Shown: positions 45,529-55,463 of the stretch, piece after piece | Layout: every line of letters starts with the position of its first letter | How positions within the stretch are numbered: position 1 is the first letter of the stretch | Virus record (IMG/VR): IMGVR_UViG_3300024269_000036 | Coordinates: 62,001 to 121,743 of that record | Strand: one strand, 5' to 3' | Source: an uncultured virus (IMG/VR IMGVR_UViG_3300024269_000036) | Lineage: Duplodnaviria; Heunggongvirae; Uroviricota; Caudoviricetes | Length of the DNA: 59,743 nucleotides | The notes under the pieces: generated by a model | The model's input: only the letters and a program-made list of their open reading frames with translations | Told to the model about the DNA's origin: nothing | The model's database searches: none | Position numbers and translations under genes: made by a program

Positions 45529-45597
45529 TAAAAGAAAAGGAAATGTGTTTAGAATCCTGAACAAAAACAGTATAATTTGTATAGAATCGTGAACATT

Positions 45598-45747
45598 ATG
45601 TTTAAAATTCCGGTAATTAAGAAATCTAATTTGAGGAATTATAGGTATGAAGTCGGCTATTCCAATAGGAATTGTTGGTGGTACCCTTATAGAACTTTAC
45701 CATCAGCAATTATTGGATGGTTTAAAAGATTGTTTGGAATATTATGA
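45598..45747 (+). CDS. Small hypothetical protein (49 aa, not in ORF track)
   Basis: MFKIPVIKKSNLRNYRYEVGYSNRNCWWYPYRTLPSAIIGWFKRLFGIL; ATGA overlap with next gene. Confidence 0.45.
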   Translation: MFKIPVIKKSNLRNYRYEVGYSNRNCWWYPYRTLPSAIIGWFKRLFGIL

Positions 45748-45950
45748 GTACAGATAGATTATGTTTTACCCCCATGCTTAGGTTAATTGAGTTAATACCT
45801 AAAGAAAAACGTGGGGAAGTTTATATTGAAAAACTAATTGAGCATCTTAAATCCGAGGGATATCATGTTGACGCTAAGGCTGTAGAAGAAAAACTTAGAC
45901 AGTATAGGGGAGAAAAGGTTGCAATGGCTGTAATGGATAAGGAGGGATAA
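45744..45950 (+). CDS. Hypothetical protein
   Basis: Packed ORF. Confidence 0.55.
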   Translation: MSTDRLCFTPMLRLIELIPKEKRGEVYIEKLIEHLKSEGYHVDAKAVEEKLRQYRGEKVAMAVMDKEG

Positions 45951-45952
45951 GA

Positions 45953-46213
45953 ATGGATAATAAAATAGAATTGCAAAATCTGTTAGATAAGGTGCTTGAT
46001 GCGATATCACATTATTGGGATTATCACTGTACCTATTGTTGCGGGAATATAGAAGAATATGATGATTATTTTTCGTTTGAAGTCTATGGGCATAGTGACC
46101 AAGGTGAAGGTTCTGAATGGACAGAATGTTGGAGTATTGATGCTAAAGGAAGGATATATTCAGAAGGTACAACATACGAAAATTATGAAGATTTTTTAAA
46201 AGATTGGTATTAA
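45953..46213 (+). CDS. Hypothetical acidic protein
   Basis: Packed ORF. Confidence 0.6.
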   Translation: MDNKIELQNLLDKVLDAISHYWDYHCTYCCGNIEEYDDYFSFEVYGHSDQGEGSEWTECWSIDAKGRIYSEGTTYENYEDFLKDWY

Positions 46214-46215
46214 AA

Positions 46216-46884
46216 ATGGAAAATGCATATAAGATATGGTTTACTGCAGATTTACACGCTTTTCATCGAAACATTTTGAAATTTCAGAAAGAGCGTAGGG
46301 AAACCATGGGGATAACCGATGACATGAGTGATACTGAGGCAATGGAGAAACACAACGAATGGATTGTAAAGATGTGGAATATGACTGTTGCAAAGCATGA
46401 CCATGTATATATACTTGGTGATGTGTCTTTTGGTACTCCGGAGGATACGAGAAAATTTCTCGAAAGGCTGCATGGGCAGAAGCATCTTATTATAGGAAAC
46501 CATGATAAGTCATGCAAAGGGCTTGAGAATTATTTTGTATCGGTTTCTCAGATTAAAGAGTTCCCGATAAAGAAACATCAGTATGATTTTCTTGAAGAAA
46601 ACATTTATCTTGTGCTCTGTCATTTTCCAATGGTTGCGTGGAACAGAAGATTACACGGGGCTTTCATGGTTCATGGCCATACACATAACTCACTTTTAAA
46701 GATAAATGAAGAAAGTGAGGAACTTAGGGTGGATGTTGGTCTTGACAGTGAACTTGCTAATTTTAGTCTTGTTAGTCTTGAATCACTATATAAATTTATG
46801 AAAAACAAGGTTGGTGAAAAAGGTTTCACTGATTTTGAGAAATATATAGAATGGAAAACAGAGAAAGATGGAGTTAGATATTAA
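46216..46884 (+). CDS. Calcineurin-like metallophosphoesterase
   Basis: FTADLH, ILGDV, GNHD, CHFP, HGHTH, VDVGLD. Confidence 0.9.
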   Translation: MENAYKIWFTADLHAFHRNILKFQKERRETMGITDDMSDTEAMEKHNEWIVKMWNMTVAKHDHVYILGDVSFGTPEDTRKFLERLHGQKHLIIGNHDKSCKGLENYFVSVSQIKEFPIKKHQYDFLEENIYLVLCHFPMVAWNRRLHGAFMVHGHTHNSLLKINEESEELRVDVGLDSELANFSLVSLESLYKFMKNKVGEKGFTDFEKYIEWKTEKDGVRY

Positions 46885-47830
46885 TAAGTTTTTGCACGAT
46901 ACTGTGGAAAATAGTATCGTGCTTGAAGATTATTTACGGAATGGTTTTGGTAAACTTAATGAGCAAAAAACCATTTTGCTTGAAAAGCATGGAATGATTC
47001 CAAATGTAGAACAATATATAAATGTGTTTATCAATTTTCTTAAGAAGCATAAAGATTCATATGGGAAGTTTCTATTAACACAAAATAATTTCAATAAGAT
47101 TGAGAACTGTTTTTTCTCTAATGTGGATATTGTGGTAAATAAACAAGAAAAGGGGGGCAATAATGGTTATCTTGTTGGGGATATTAGAAAGCTTAATGAG
47201 GAAGGGAAAATTAATACACTAAGAATGAATTTTACATTAAGCGGTAAAGATTGGAATGGATTTGTGAACCGTGCAAGGAGTTTATTTGCCCATGAACTCA
47301 CCCATGCATATGAGATTTATATGCGTTTGAAGAAAGGACAGAGACCTTATACCGTTGATAATTACATTGATAGTTACGTAACAACCAGAGATTTGATAAC
47401 GTCGAGTAATTCTACATCTCTTGAAAAGAAAATTGGTTATATAGTTTATTATCTGTTTGATTTTGAAACAAATGCTTATGCTGCTTCATTATACACGTCA
47501 TTATTGTATAGCGCATCAAAATGGGCAAATCCTCAGGATGGTTTGAAACAGATAGAAGAAAATATAACGTTTAATAATTTTAAAATCATCTATAATTGGA
47601 TTGAAGAAATTGCTAATACCAATAATAAAAGTGACGTTGAAGAAATATGGTTACAAATAACAAAAAGACACTTATCATATAATAAAATCATAAAAAAAAT
47701 AACATCCCTTTATTATAAAAGGTGGAATCAGTTAAGAAAAGTGATAGCAAAGGTGTGTTTGGATGCTTTTGAAAACAGCCGGTTAAAACCATTTAAAAAC
47801 GAAGAAATTGATTTAAGTACTTTGTTTTAA
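46868..47830 (+). CDS. Zincin-like HExxH protein, paralog family member 2
   Basis: LLEKHGMIPN; FAHELTHAYE; YYLFDFETNA. Confidence 0.75.
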   Translation: MELDINKFLHDTVENSIVLEDYLRNGFGKLNEQKTILLEKHGMIPNVEQYINVFINFLKKHKDSYGKFLLTQNNFNKIENCFFSNVDIVVNKQEKGGNNGYLVGDIRKLNEEGKINTLRMNFTLSGKDWNGFVNRARSLFAHELTHAYEIYMRLKKGQRPYTVDNYIDSYVTTRDLITSSNSTSLEKKIGYIVYYLFDFETNAYAASLYTSLLYSASKWANPQDGLKQIEENITFNNFKIIYNWIEEIANTNNKSDVEEIWLQITKRHLSYNKIIKKITSLYYKRWNQLRKVIAKVCLDAFENSRLKPFKNEEIDLSTLF

Positions 47831-47851
47831 TTAGAAAAATAGGTATATTTG
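47821..47851 (+). promoter_or_regulatory. Bacteroidota housekeeping-sigma promoter
   Basis: TTTG-N19-TATATTTG. Confidence 0.7.
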
Positions 47852-47873
47852 CATTAAGAAACTTAATAAAGTG

Positions 47874-48806
47874 ATGAAAGATATTGAAACAATAGATAAC
47901 TCTCCTCAGAGGATTTCAATGAGAAAGACTCATTTTCGGGAAAGTTATGATATGAAGATATACGACCAAGGTACACAAAATTACAAGATTGTTGGTAGAT
48001 ATATTGACAGGTATCTAAAGAAATCTGTTGGTAGAAACTATGACAAAGTCAAGGAGCATATTCTCGAAAAAATGAAAGATTTCAATGTCGCAAGGCATGA
48101 ACCTAATTTAGTTGAATTATTGTTAAGTTCAAGAGTTGAATTTAAAGAAGGTGATACTCGTTTAAAAGAATACATTATTGATTCACAGGGGCGACTGCAG
48201 ATTAATAAAAAAGAGGCTGAAAGAACACAACTTTGGATAGATAAAAAGAAAGAAAGGAGGACAACTGTAGGCAAGGATGTTTCCAATGCAATGTTTTTTC
48301 TTCGTACAGATTTGAGTGAAAATCAGATTCTTCTTTTACGTACTATCTTGGTGGATAACGGTGTTAATCTTGGGGGTTGGTTTCATCATATTTGTTGCGG
48401 TGGCAGAATTAATCAGGAAAAATATGATAGTATCATTTATCACATAAAAAATGAAAGTACTGAGGTCAGTAAACATGGATATAAATGGTACAATGAAACT
48501 TCACACGCAAGAGATTTTGTGGAATCTTGCTTTGAAGTGGAAGGGCAAATTCGTTATTATTATGAGTATAATAGTCCTGAGTATAGACAATGGAAAAAGG
48601 AAACGTTAAAACAAAAGAAGAAAGAGTATAGGGAACGTTTGAAAGAAAGGGAATTAAGAAACGAAACCCTTTTACATGATTTAGAACAAAGAAAAAAAGA
48701 GAAAGAACAGGAGAAAAATATTGTCGACCGCGATAGGCTTGGTTTTGATGAAAAATCTTTTATGGGGGAACCTTATCACGGACAGAAAAGAAAAAATAAG
48801 AAATAA
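47874..48806 (+). CDS. Hypothetical basic protein
   Basis: 310 aa; RYLKKSVGRNYDKV; charged C-terminus. Confidence 0.7.
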   Translation: MKDIETIDNSPQRISMRKTHFRESYDMKIYDQGTQNYKIVGRYIDRYLKKSVGRNYDKVKEHILEKMKDFNVARHEPNLVELLLSSRVEFKEGDTRLKEYIIDSQGRLQINKKEAERTQLWIDKKKERRTTVGKDVSNAMFFLRTDLSENQILLLRTILVDNGVNLGGWFHHICCGGRINQEKYDSIIYHIKNESTEVSKHGYKWYNETSHARDFVESCFEVEGQIRYYYEYNSPEYRQWKKETLKQKKKEYRERLKERELRNETLLHDLEQRKKEKEQEKNIVDRDRLGFDEKSFMGEPYHGQKRKNKK

Positions 48807-48816
48807 GGAATGATAT

Positions 48817-49293
48817 ATGGAAATAGTTAGTGGAAAAATCATTGAGCACAAGAAAAAAGGTGTTATTGAAACAATTGTGGATAAATGCAAAATCAAAATC
48901 AATGGTGAGTGGGTCGATGGTGTTGTATATAAAGGTGATGATAGACACACAGGAGAAACAATGATTTTTGTCAGGGAATTGAATGATTTCAATGAAAATT
49001 TTGCTGAGCATAAACAACTGTTTACAGTAGAAGAAGTTAAAAACGAAATATATTCATATGAAAAGCCAAAAAATTGGCGAGAGGGACAGTTTGTGTTCAA
49101 TATGGTTAATGAACTATATGGAGTAGCAAGAATAGTGCAATTCTGTTGTGGCGTAGATTGTTATTACGACGATAGTAAGATTGATGAATTCCTTATCAGG
49201 TCAGTTGAAATGCTGAATTGGGGGGAAGGTATTAAACCAACAAAAACTCTTAATATTGGAGAGGTTAACGGAAACATGACGATAAACATGTAA
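48817..49293 (+). CDS. Two-domain protein (DUF1653-like N-terminus + WRxGQ domain)
   Basis: GVVYK...IFVRELNDF; NWREGQFVFN. Confidence 0.5.
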   Translation: MEIVSGKIIEHKKKGVIETIVDKCKIKINGEWVDGVVYKGDDRHTGETMIFVRELNDFNENFAEHKQLFTVEEVKNEIYSYEKPKNWREGQFVFNMVNELYGVARIVQFCCGVDCYYDDSKIDEFLIRSVEMLNWGEGIKPTKTLNIGEVNGNMTINM

Positions 49294-49306
49294 TAATAAA
49301 AAATAT

Positions 49307-49735
49307 ATGGTAAAAGTAAAGATTGTAAATAAGTCTAATCATAGACTTCCTGAGTATGCAACTCCCGGTGCTGCGGGTATGGATTTGAAAGCAGATATTC
49401 TTGAACCTATGGTTCTTAAAGCAAGAGGGAGTATTGTGGTTCCAACAAACATTCATATTCAATTACCTGAGGGTTGTGAAGCACAAGTAAGGGGAAGAAG
49501 TGGTTTGGCATTTAAATATGATATTGTGTCGCATGTTGGCACAATTGATGCTGATTATCGGGGTCCTATTGGTGTAAAACTGTTCAATTTTTCAGATAAT
49601 GATTTTGTAATTAAGCCTGGTGAAAGAATTGCACAGTTGGTAGTTGCACGTTATGAAAAGGTAGAATGGGATGAGGTTGCAGTTCTTGATGAAACGGAAC
49701 GAGGAGAAGGTGGTTTTGGTTCAACAGGAAGATAA
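49307..49735 (+). CDS. dut: dUTP diphosphatase (trimeric)
   Basis: AGMDL, RSGLA, GTIDADYRG, ERIAQL, RGEGGFGSTG. Confidence 0.97.
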   Translation: MVKVKIVNKSNHRLPEYATPGAAGMDLKADILEPMVLKARGSIVVPTNIHIQLPEGCEAQVRGRSGLAFKYDIVSHVGTIDADYRGPIGVKLFNFSDNDFVIKPGERIAQLVVARYEKVEWDEVAVLDETERGEGGFGSTGR

Positions 49736-49764
49736 ATTTAGTAATTTTTTGGCAATAATAAGAT

Positions 49765-50157
49765 ATGAGAAAAATTAAATTCAGAGGAAAATGCAAGAGA
49801 ACGGGTGAATGGCTGTATGGGAACCTGCAGGTACCGGCAAAAGAGGGCGTTGGATATTTTATGTGGGATAAAGAAGGATTCCAAGAAGAAGTTGACCCTG
49901 AAACAATTGGAGAGTTTACGAGCCTTTACGATAAGAATCATAACGAGATATTTGAGGGTGATGTAATTGCTTTTCTATGGGGTGATGGTGAACCTACTAC
50001 GGAATCTTTATTGGAGGTACGTTTTGTCCGAGGTGTGTTTGCTTTCTTATGGGATGGAGACCTTGATGATGAGTGCCCAATAAATGCTCCAACTCATGAA
50101 TGGGCGACTGTTGTGGGAAATATCCATGATAATCCTGACTTAATTAAAAACCGTTAA
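49765..50157 (+). CDS. YopX family protein
   Basis: MRKIKFRGK...DPETIGEFT..YDKN..EIFEGD...VGNIHDNPDL. Confidence 0.9.
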   Translation: MRKIKFRGKCKRTGEWLYGNLQVPAKEGVGYFMWDKEGFQEEVDPETIGEFTSLYDKNHNEIFEGDVIAFLWGDGEPTTESLLEVRFVRGVFAFLWDGDLDDECPINAPTHEWATVVGNIHDNPDLIKNR

Positions 50158-50158
50158 T

Positions 50159-50425
50159 ATGGGTAATATTGATAAGAATAAATGGATGGAAGGCCTTGAA
50201 AAAGAAGGTCTTCTATACCTGTATCTTGTGTCTTTGATATCATCAGATGAATTGCTTACTGTAGAGGATTGTGAAGAATTGTTAAGAGAGATTGATTATT
50301 GCCTTGAAATTCTTCCTGAGAATAATATTAAGGATAAGGAGAAAATATATAATATGCTTGTTGATTGTGAAGAGATTGTTCTAAAAGATATGGAGAGGTT
50401 GAAAAATGGAAAAACAGATAATTAA
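50159..50425 (+). CDS. Hypothetical acidic helical protein
   Basis: Packed ORF. Confidence 0.6.
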   Translation: MGNIDKNKWMEGLEKEGLLYLYLVSLISSDELLTVEDCEELLREIDYCLEILPENNIKDKEKIYNMLVDCEEIVLKDMERLKNGKTDN

Positions 50426-51266
50426 TGAGGAACTTGGGATTTCCAATGATGTTAAACAACTTGTTGTGAAAATTAAGAGCTCGATAGGAGATAATTTTTC
50501 TAAAAATTATAAAAATAAAACTCGATTTTATGCTCTAAACAATAACTTCCCATATAAAGCATTTCATGGAGATTTGAATGTAAAATGGAAAGACATTGTT
50601 ATAAATGTGATATATTATGTTGTTGATGATGCTGATAAAAATGTGGTATCCTATTATTTAAGAAGATTTAACTCCACATCAAACATAGAAAAATATGAAT
50701 TAACGTTTTACTTAGTTGGACATGGGGATAGAATATTGTGGGAGAAGCATAACAGAACAATTCAGCATGAGATAGAACATTTGTTCCAATTATATAAGAA
50801 AGGCAAACCGTTATTGAATACAAAACAGAATCAACAATATCAGGCATTTATGCAGTTGATGCATAGTTCTGATTTCATTGAAAAAATAATTGGGTGTACA
50901 TATTATTATTATGCTCGTGTGGAAAAGAATGCGTTGATTAATGGGATTTATGGTGATGTAATGGGAAAGAACATTAATGGCCATGTATTGAATCCTTTGG
51001 AAGAAATCAAGAATACAGCAGTATATAAAAACATTAATGCAATTAAACAGGTTATTGAGGATAGGAACCAACATGAAAGGATAGTGAGAGCGTTGAAACC
51101 GTTTAACAAAACGATTGATTCATATTTGAAAATTGCAAACAGGGTTGTTAGCGAATATACAAAAGCATTTGGTAGATTACTTTATTTGTTAAAAAAAGAT
51201 ATTGCAGAAACAAATGAAAACCTGTTAATAAATTTAAGTGACGAAACAATTGAAGACTATGATTAG
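50406..51266 (+). CDS. Zincin-like HExxH protein, paralog family member 3
   Basis: MEKQIINEELGIS; IQHEIEHLFQ; YYYARVEKNA. Confidence 0.75.
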   Translation: MEKQIINEELGISNDVKQLVVKIKSSIGDNFSKNYKNKTRFYALNNNFPYKAFHGDLNVKWKDIVINVIYYVVDDADKNVVSYYLRRFNSTSNIEKYELTFYLVGHGDRILWEKHNRTIQHEIEHLFQLYKKGKPLLNTKQNQQYQAFMQLMHSSDFIEKIIGCTYYYYARVEKNALINGIYGDVMGKNINGHVLNPLEEIKNTAVYKNINAIKQVIEDRNQHERIVRALKPFNKTIDSYLKIANRVVSEYTKAFGRLLYLLKKDIAETNENLLINLSDETIEDYD

Positions 51267-52236
51267 AAAAATATTAAATGAAGAGATTAAGAAATCGCTG
51301 TTCATAGAATTTTATTATGGTAGAAAAATTGTACCATCATATTATTTAACGGAAAATAAAAATCTGTTATGTGAGAAACATGGTATAATACCTAACATGG
51401 ATTATTACATTGATGCTTTTCTTGATTTCATCAATACGCTTAATTTCACTGACAAAAAACAGACAACTGTTTTGACTGATAATATATGGAAAGATATTGA
51501 AGGATGTTTTTTCAAAGATGTTAATATAAAAATCAATTATTGTGTCAGTGATAAGTCTAATGTCAAAGGTGTATTTACAGGTATGGCCAGTGAATTGGTG
51601 GATGGTAAAATTCCGTTATTGAGAGGAGAGTTCATTATATTTACTGGAGTCCATCAAATTGAAGAACATACATCTGCGATTTTCGCGCATGAATTGACTC
51701 ATGCCTATGAGGAGTTTAAACGTAAAAAAAATGGTGCCGAATCCCTGTTTGATTATGCACGTAAAATCAACTATGATAAGAATGTAGATAGATATTACTC
51801 TACTGTTGATGCTGAACGTGCGATATCAAATCTTGTTTATTTCACAACCAATTTTGAACTACGTGCTTATATTGGTTCAATATATGGTGCATTGAAATCT
51901 AATGTTGACAAAATTAAAGCATCTGCAGATGCTTTTGAAATCATAAAAAATACGGTTGTTTATCAGAATTATATTGTTAATGGCATGAATCTTGATTATC
52001 TGTGGAAAACATTTGATACATCAAATGCTAAGATTATTGAACAGGCTTGGTACAATGCAACAGGAAAGAAGGGAAAGGCGTATGATATTCTTAGTGAAAT
52101 AGAGAAACGTTACAACAAACAGTGGAAAAAACTTAAGAGAACTGTAGCCAAAATAGCATATGATGTCTATGAGAAATATGGTGAAGTTTCAATTATTGAT
52201 GATAACAATTTAATTAAAAAATATGAGAGTAACTGA
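51259..52236 (+). CDS. Zincin-like HExxH protein, paralog family member 4
   Basis: MIRKILNEE; LCEKHGIIPN; FAHELTHAYE; YFTTNFELRA. Confidence 0.75.
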   Translation: MIRKILNEEIKKSLFIEFYYGRKIVPSYYLTENKNLLCEKHGIIPNMDYYIDAFLDFINTLNFTDKKQTTVLTDNIWKDIEGCFFKDVNIKINYCVSDKSNVKGVFTGMASELVDGKIPLLRGEFIIFTGVHQIEEHTSAIFAHELTHAYEEFKRKKNGAESLFDYARKINYDKNVDRYYSTVDAERAISNLVYFTTNFELRAYIGSIYGALKSNVDKIKASADAFEIIKNTVVYQNYIVNGMNLDYLWKTFDTSNAKIIEQAWYNATGKKGKAYDILSEIEKRYNKQWKKLKRTVAKIAYDVYEKYGEVSIIDDNNLIKKYESN

Positions 52237-52750
52237 TAAGTATGTTTTCTTTTGGGGTGGGGAGTTATCTAATTTCTATCCTTGCAATATAACATTTTTT
52301 GGCGTTGATAATTGTTGGTATAAATTCACTACAAGTGAACAGTTTTTCATGTGGTGGAAAGCAATAATGTTTGGTGATGATGAAACTGCTAAATTGATTC
52401 TTGATGCGGAAACACCTAAGGAGGCCAAGAAATTGGGTAGGAAAGTGAAAGGATTTAATGAGGATACTTGGAATCTTGTGAAGGAAAATGTGATGAAAAG
52501 TGCATTATACAAAAAATTCGTTTATAATAAAGAATTACGGGATTTTCTTCTTAATCCTGAGTTTGATGGAAAGACATTTGTCGAAGCGTCACCATATGAT
52601 AAAGTGTGGGGTGTTGGTTTAGGTGAGGATGACCAGATGATTGATGATGAGAAAAATTGGCTTGGACAGAATCTTTTGGGCAAATGCCTCACATGGGTAA
52701 GAGAAGTAATAAAAATAGAAACGGAAACATTAGAAAAATATGGCAAATGA
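52223..52750 (+). CDS. NADAR family (YbiA-like) N-glycosidase
   Basis: LSNFY, TSEQFFM..KA..FGD, AKKLGRKV, EASPYDKVWGVG, GQNLLG. Confidence 0.92.
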   Translation: MRVTDKYVFFWGGELSNFYPCNITFFGVDNCWYKFTTSEQFFMWWKAIMFGDDETAKLILDAETPKEAKKLGRKVKGFNEDTWNLVKENVMKSALYKKFVYNKELRDFLLNPEFDGKTFVEASPYDKVWGVGLGEDDQMIDDEKNWLGQNLLGKCLTWVREVIKIETETLEKYGK

Positions 52751-54062
52751 GAGATTGAATATTCCTCAGGAATTGAGGGTTGGATATCAGAAGAGAGAAA
52801 ACACATATTCAGGAAAATTGGCTTATGTGACTTATCTTGATAAAAAGAATAAAATTGCTAAACATACGTCATGGGAACATTGGAGAACCAAGGAACTTGG
52901 TATTGGTGAGTTTGAAAACAAACCTACTGAGGGTTTTGTTCTTAATAAACGTGTGGGGGGTTATAAATCAGGTTGGAATTATAGGGAAACAAAATGCCGA
53001 GTTTATGACCCTCGTGGATTTGAAATAGAAATCACTCTCGAAAATCTTCTTTTCATATTGCAGGAATGCACTTCCACAAAAGGAAAGGGTCTTGAAGGTG
53101 AGTTTGTTTACGCATGGGAGGGGCCTGAATTGATTCTTCTTCCTGTTTGTTCTGAAGATTATAGGCTTTCCACTGAACTTCAGGACCGTAAGGAGAAGAT
53201 AATTGTGAGAGACCTTAAACTTGGTGCTGCTTATAAGTCAAAAGAATATCCATATCTTATTTATATTGGTAAGATGGAATGGTATTTATGGGAGGAAAAG
53301 GAAGATAAGAACGCATATTCCCCTAACAGGTGGTCGAAACCTACTTATGAACAGATACGTTTAGTCAAGATGAGTACGTTTGTTGATGTTGAAAACAAAA
53401 AGTTTGTGGGTTATAAAACAACCGATAAACTTGATTATCTCATTGAGGAACACGCCATTACAGCAGACGATATTGCAACTTATGTCGAAAACTATAAAAC
53501 GACTGCAGCCTATAAAGGAAGTGATTTGAAAACCCTTACATTGAAAGGCGGCCTTGACGAATGGATTAAATACGTGGAAACTGACGATTCCAATTATTCA
53601 TGGGGTATGAGTCTTCTTTTACAGAAGCCCGGAGATGAACATATTACATGTATAAAGGGTACAAAGCAATACAAATATCAGGGTTATTTATTAAGCGAAT
53701 GGCTTAACAAACATTCGGCCAATAAATGGGGATTCATGGATTATGAAGCGAAAGAAAAACTTACGGCTGAGTTTGAAAAGGGAAAACAGATTGAAATACA
53801 TTTCACTGTAGTTGCATACTTAACATTCAAAGATGGGAGATTCAGGAGAGAAGAAGTGCAGCATAACCGATTTGAGTATCCGGCCATTAACTTAACAAAA
53901 GATGATTGGAAGTACATGTGTTGCGGGACTTCTTATGATATCTATAACGTTGGGGGTTTCTTAAATTCAAAGGGAGAGTTTGTGAAAAAAATAAGCAATG
54001 GAAGCATTTCTCATGCTGAATTGAGTTTTAATGAAAATGCCCCGCTACCTGAAAACATTTAA
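52740..54062 (+). CDS. Conserved large-phage protein of unknown function
   Basis: VGYQKR..TYSGKLAYV...GFVLNK...RVYDPRGFEIEIT.ENL. Confidence 0.75.
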   Translation: MANERLNIPQELRVGYQKRENTYSGKLAYVTYLDKKNKIAKHTSWEHWRTKELGIGEFENKPTEGFVLNKRVGGYKSGWNYRETKCRVYDPRGFEIEITLENLLFILQECTSTKGKGLEGEFVYAWEGPELILLPVCSEDYRLSTELQDRKEKIIVRDLKLGAAYKSKEYPYLIYIGKMEWYLWEEKEDKNAYSPNRWSKPTYEQIRLVKMSTFVDVENKKFVGYKTTDKLDYLIEEHAITADDIATYVENYKTTAAYKGSDLKTLTLKGGLDEWIKYVETDDSNYSWGMSLLLQKPGDEHITCIKGTKQYKYQGYLLSEWLNKHSANKWGFMDYEAKEKLTAEFEKGKQIEIHFTVVAYLTFKDGRFRREEVQHNRFEYPAINLTKDDWKYMCCGTSYDIYNVGGFLNSKGEFVKKISNGSISHAELSFNENAPLPENI

Positions 54063-54098
54063 AAAGAAATTTATATGATTATTTAAAAAGAAGTTTAT

Positions 54099-54266
54099 AT
54101 GATTAATGTAGGATATTTTTTCTTTCCCATAAGTAGTATCTGTTTTCTTGAAGAAGGAGATGATAATCTTTGGTATGTACATTTCAATAACGGTGAAACT
54201 ATTAGTGTCAATAGACACATAGCAGCGGAAATCAAATCCAAAATGGAAGAGGAATATATAGAATAA
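54099..54266 (+). CDS. Small hypothetical protein (55 aa, not in ORF track)
   Basis: MINVGYFFFPISSICFLEEGDDNLWYVHFNNGETISVNRHIAAEIKSKMEEEYIE; leader duplicated as 24-bp tandem repeat 54058-54105. Confidence 0.55.
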   Translation: MINVGYFFFPISSICFLEEGDDNLWYVHFNNGETISVNRHIAAEIKSKMEEEYIE

Positions 54267-54285
54267 AAAATAAAATTTAAAAAAT

Positions 54286-54732
54286 ATGGAAAACAAAGAC
54301 TTGGTAATCAGCAATGCGCTGAAAGAAATTGAAGAAAAGAAGAAAGAATTTGTCAGTTTCAAACCTGCAGAATTCTATAAATTCAAGACTAATTGCAGAT
54401 TTGATGACAAGAACATTAAGACATTGTCGTTGGGAGAATTGCTTCAGTGTTATCATAAGGTTTATCAGTATCGTGAGTTCAAGACAGTCGTTACTGAGAA
54501 ACTACCTTTCCTGAAAGAAACCTTTTCTGATTATGACAATGTTTTCAATATGCAAGGTTTTCATGTTGATGATTGGCTTTCGGATATCGAATACCTTTTA
54601 AAGAAACTTGCTTATAAGGAGGCAATTGGGCATCTTGAAGATTCAGCATATCAATTGGAGAAATTCTATTCAAAGGATAAACAAGATGAAATTGCAATTG
54701 ATAAGATTCTTAGCAGTTTAAAGTTGAAATAA
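54286..54732 (+). CDS. Hypothetical protein
   Basis: FKTNC...GFHVDDWLSDI. Confidence 0.7.
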   Translation: MENKDLVISNALKEIEEKKKEFVSFKPAEFYKFKTNCRFDDKNIKTLSLGELLQCYHKVYQYREFKTVVTEKLPFLKETFSDYDNVFNMQGFHVDDWLSDIEYLLKKLAYKEAIGHLEDSAYQLEKFYSKDKQDEIAIDKILSSLKLK

Positions 54733-54736
54733 AAGA

Positions 54737-54763
54737 AAAAGGCAGGTAAATTACCTGCCTTTT
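54737..54763 (+). terminator. Intrinsic terminator
   Basis: AAAAGGCAGGTAA-A-TTACCTGCCTTTT. Confidence 0.8.
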
Positions 54764-54806
54764 ATTTTGTGCTATTTGTGTAAACATGTGTATTGTTTCC
54801 TAAAAA

Positions 54807-54838
54807 TTTGGTTTTATTTATTAATTTCCCTATCTTTG
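54807..54838 (+). promoter_or_regulatory. Bacteroidota housekeeping-sigma promoter
   Basis: TTTG-N20-TATCTTTG. Confidence 0.7.
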
Positions 54839-54854
54839 TACCAAAAATAAAAAT

Positions 54855-55463
54855 ATGAAGAAAGTATTGGTTGTTGTAGATGTACAGAAGGACTTTTATC
54901 ATCCTGATGGTGCATTATATGTAAAGGGAGGAGAAGTTCTTCCTGAGAAGATTGCTAAGGTAATCCCTGATTTTGATGATGTTATTTTTACAGTTGATTG
55001 GCATCCTTTTAATCATTGTAGTTTTATTGGTAATAAAGATGAAAATGGTGTTGAGGGCACATGGCCTATGCATTGTGTCGCATATACTGAGGGTGCATCA
55101 TTACCAAAGGAGTTTATACCATTTATAAGGGAAGGGCTTGAAAATTGGGTAGGTATTGGAATACAAAATAAAAATGTAATCTCTAAAGGAGAAGTTTATT
55201 TATATGAAGAATATGGGGCTGATGCAATTAAACTGCGAACAAGTTTTCCAACTGAGAATTGCAAATATGCTGAATGTGAGGTTGTTTTTTGTGGCATTGC
55301 TCTTTCTCATTGCGTAAAAGAAACTGTTGCTAATTTTATTGAACGATATCCTGAAATCAAATGCTATGTATGGCTTGATGGTGGTGTATCAATTGATGAT
55401 GGCACAACGATAAGAGAATTCATGAAAGAAAACGATATTGAGGAATGGAAACCACAGGAATAA
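54855..55463 (+). CDS. pncA: Nicotinamidase/pyrazinamidase (isochorismatase family)
   Basis: VVDVQKDF..GALYV, DWHP..H.SF, WPMHCV, SKG, GIALSHCV. Confidence 0.85.
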   Translation: MKKVLVVVDVQKDFYHPDGALYVKGGEVLPEKIAKVIPDFDDVIFTVDWHPFNHCSFIGNKDENGVEGTWPMHCVAYTEGASLPKEFIPFIREGLENWVGIGIQNKNVISKGEVYLYEEYGADAIKLRTSFPTENCKYAECEVVFCGIALSHCVKETVANFIERYPEIKCYVWLDGGVSIDDGTTIREFMKENDIEEWKPQE

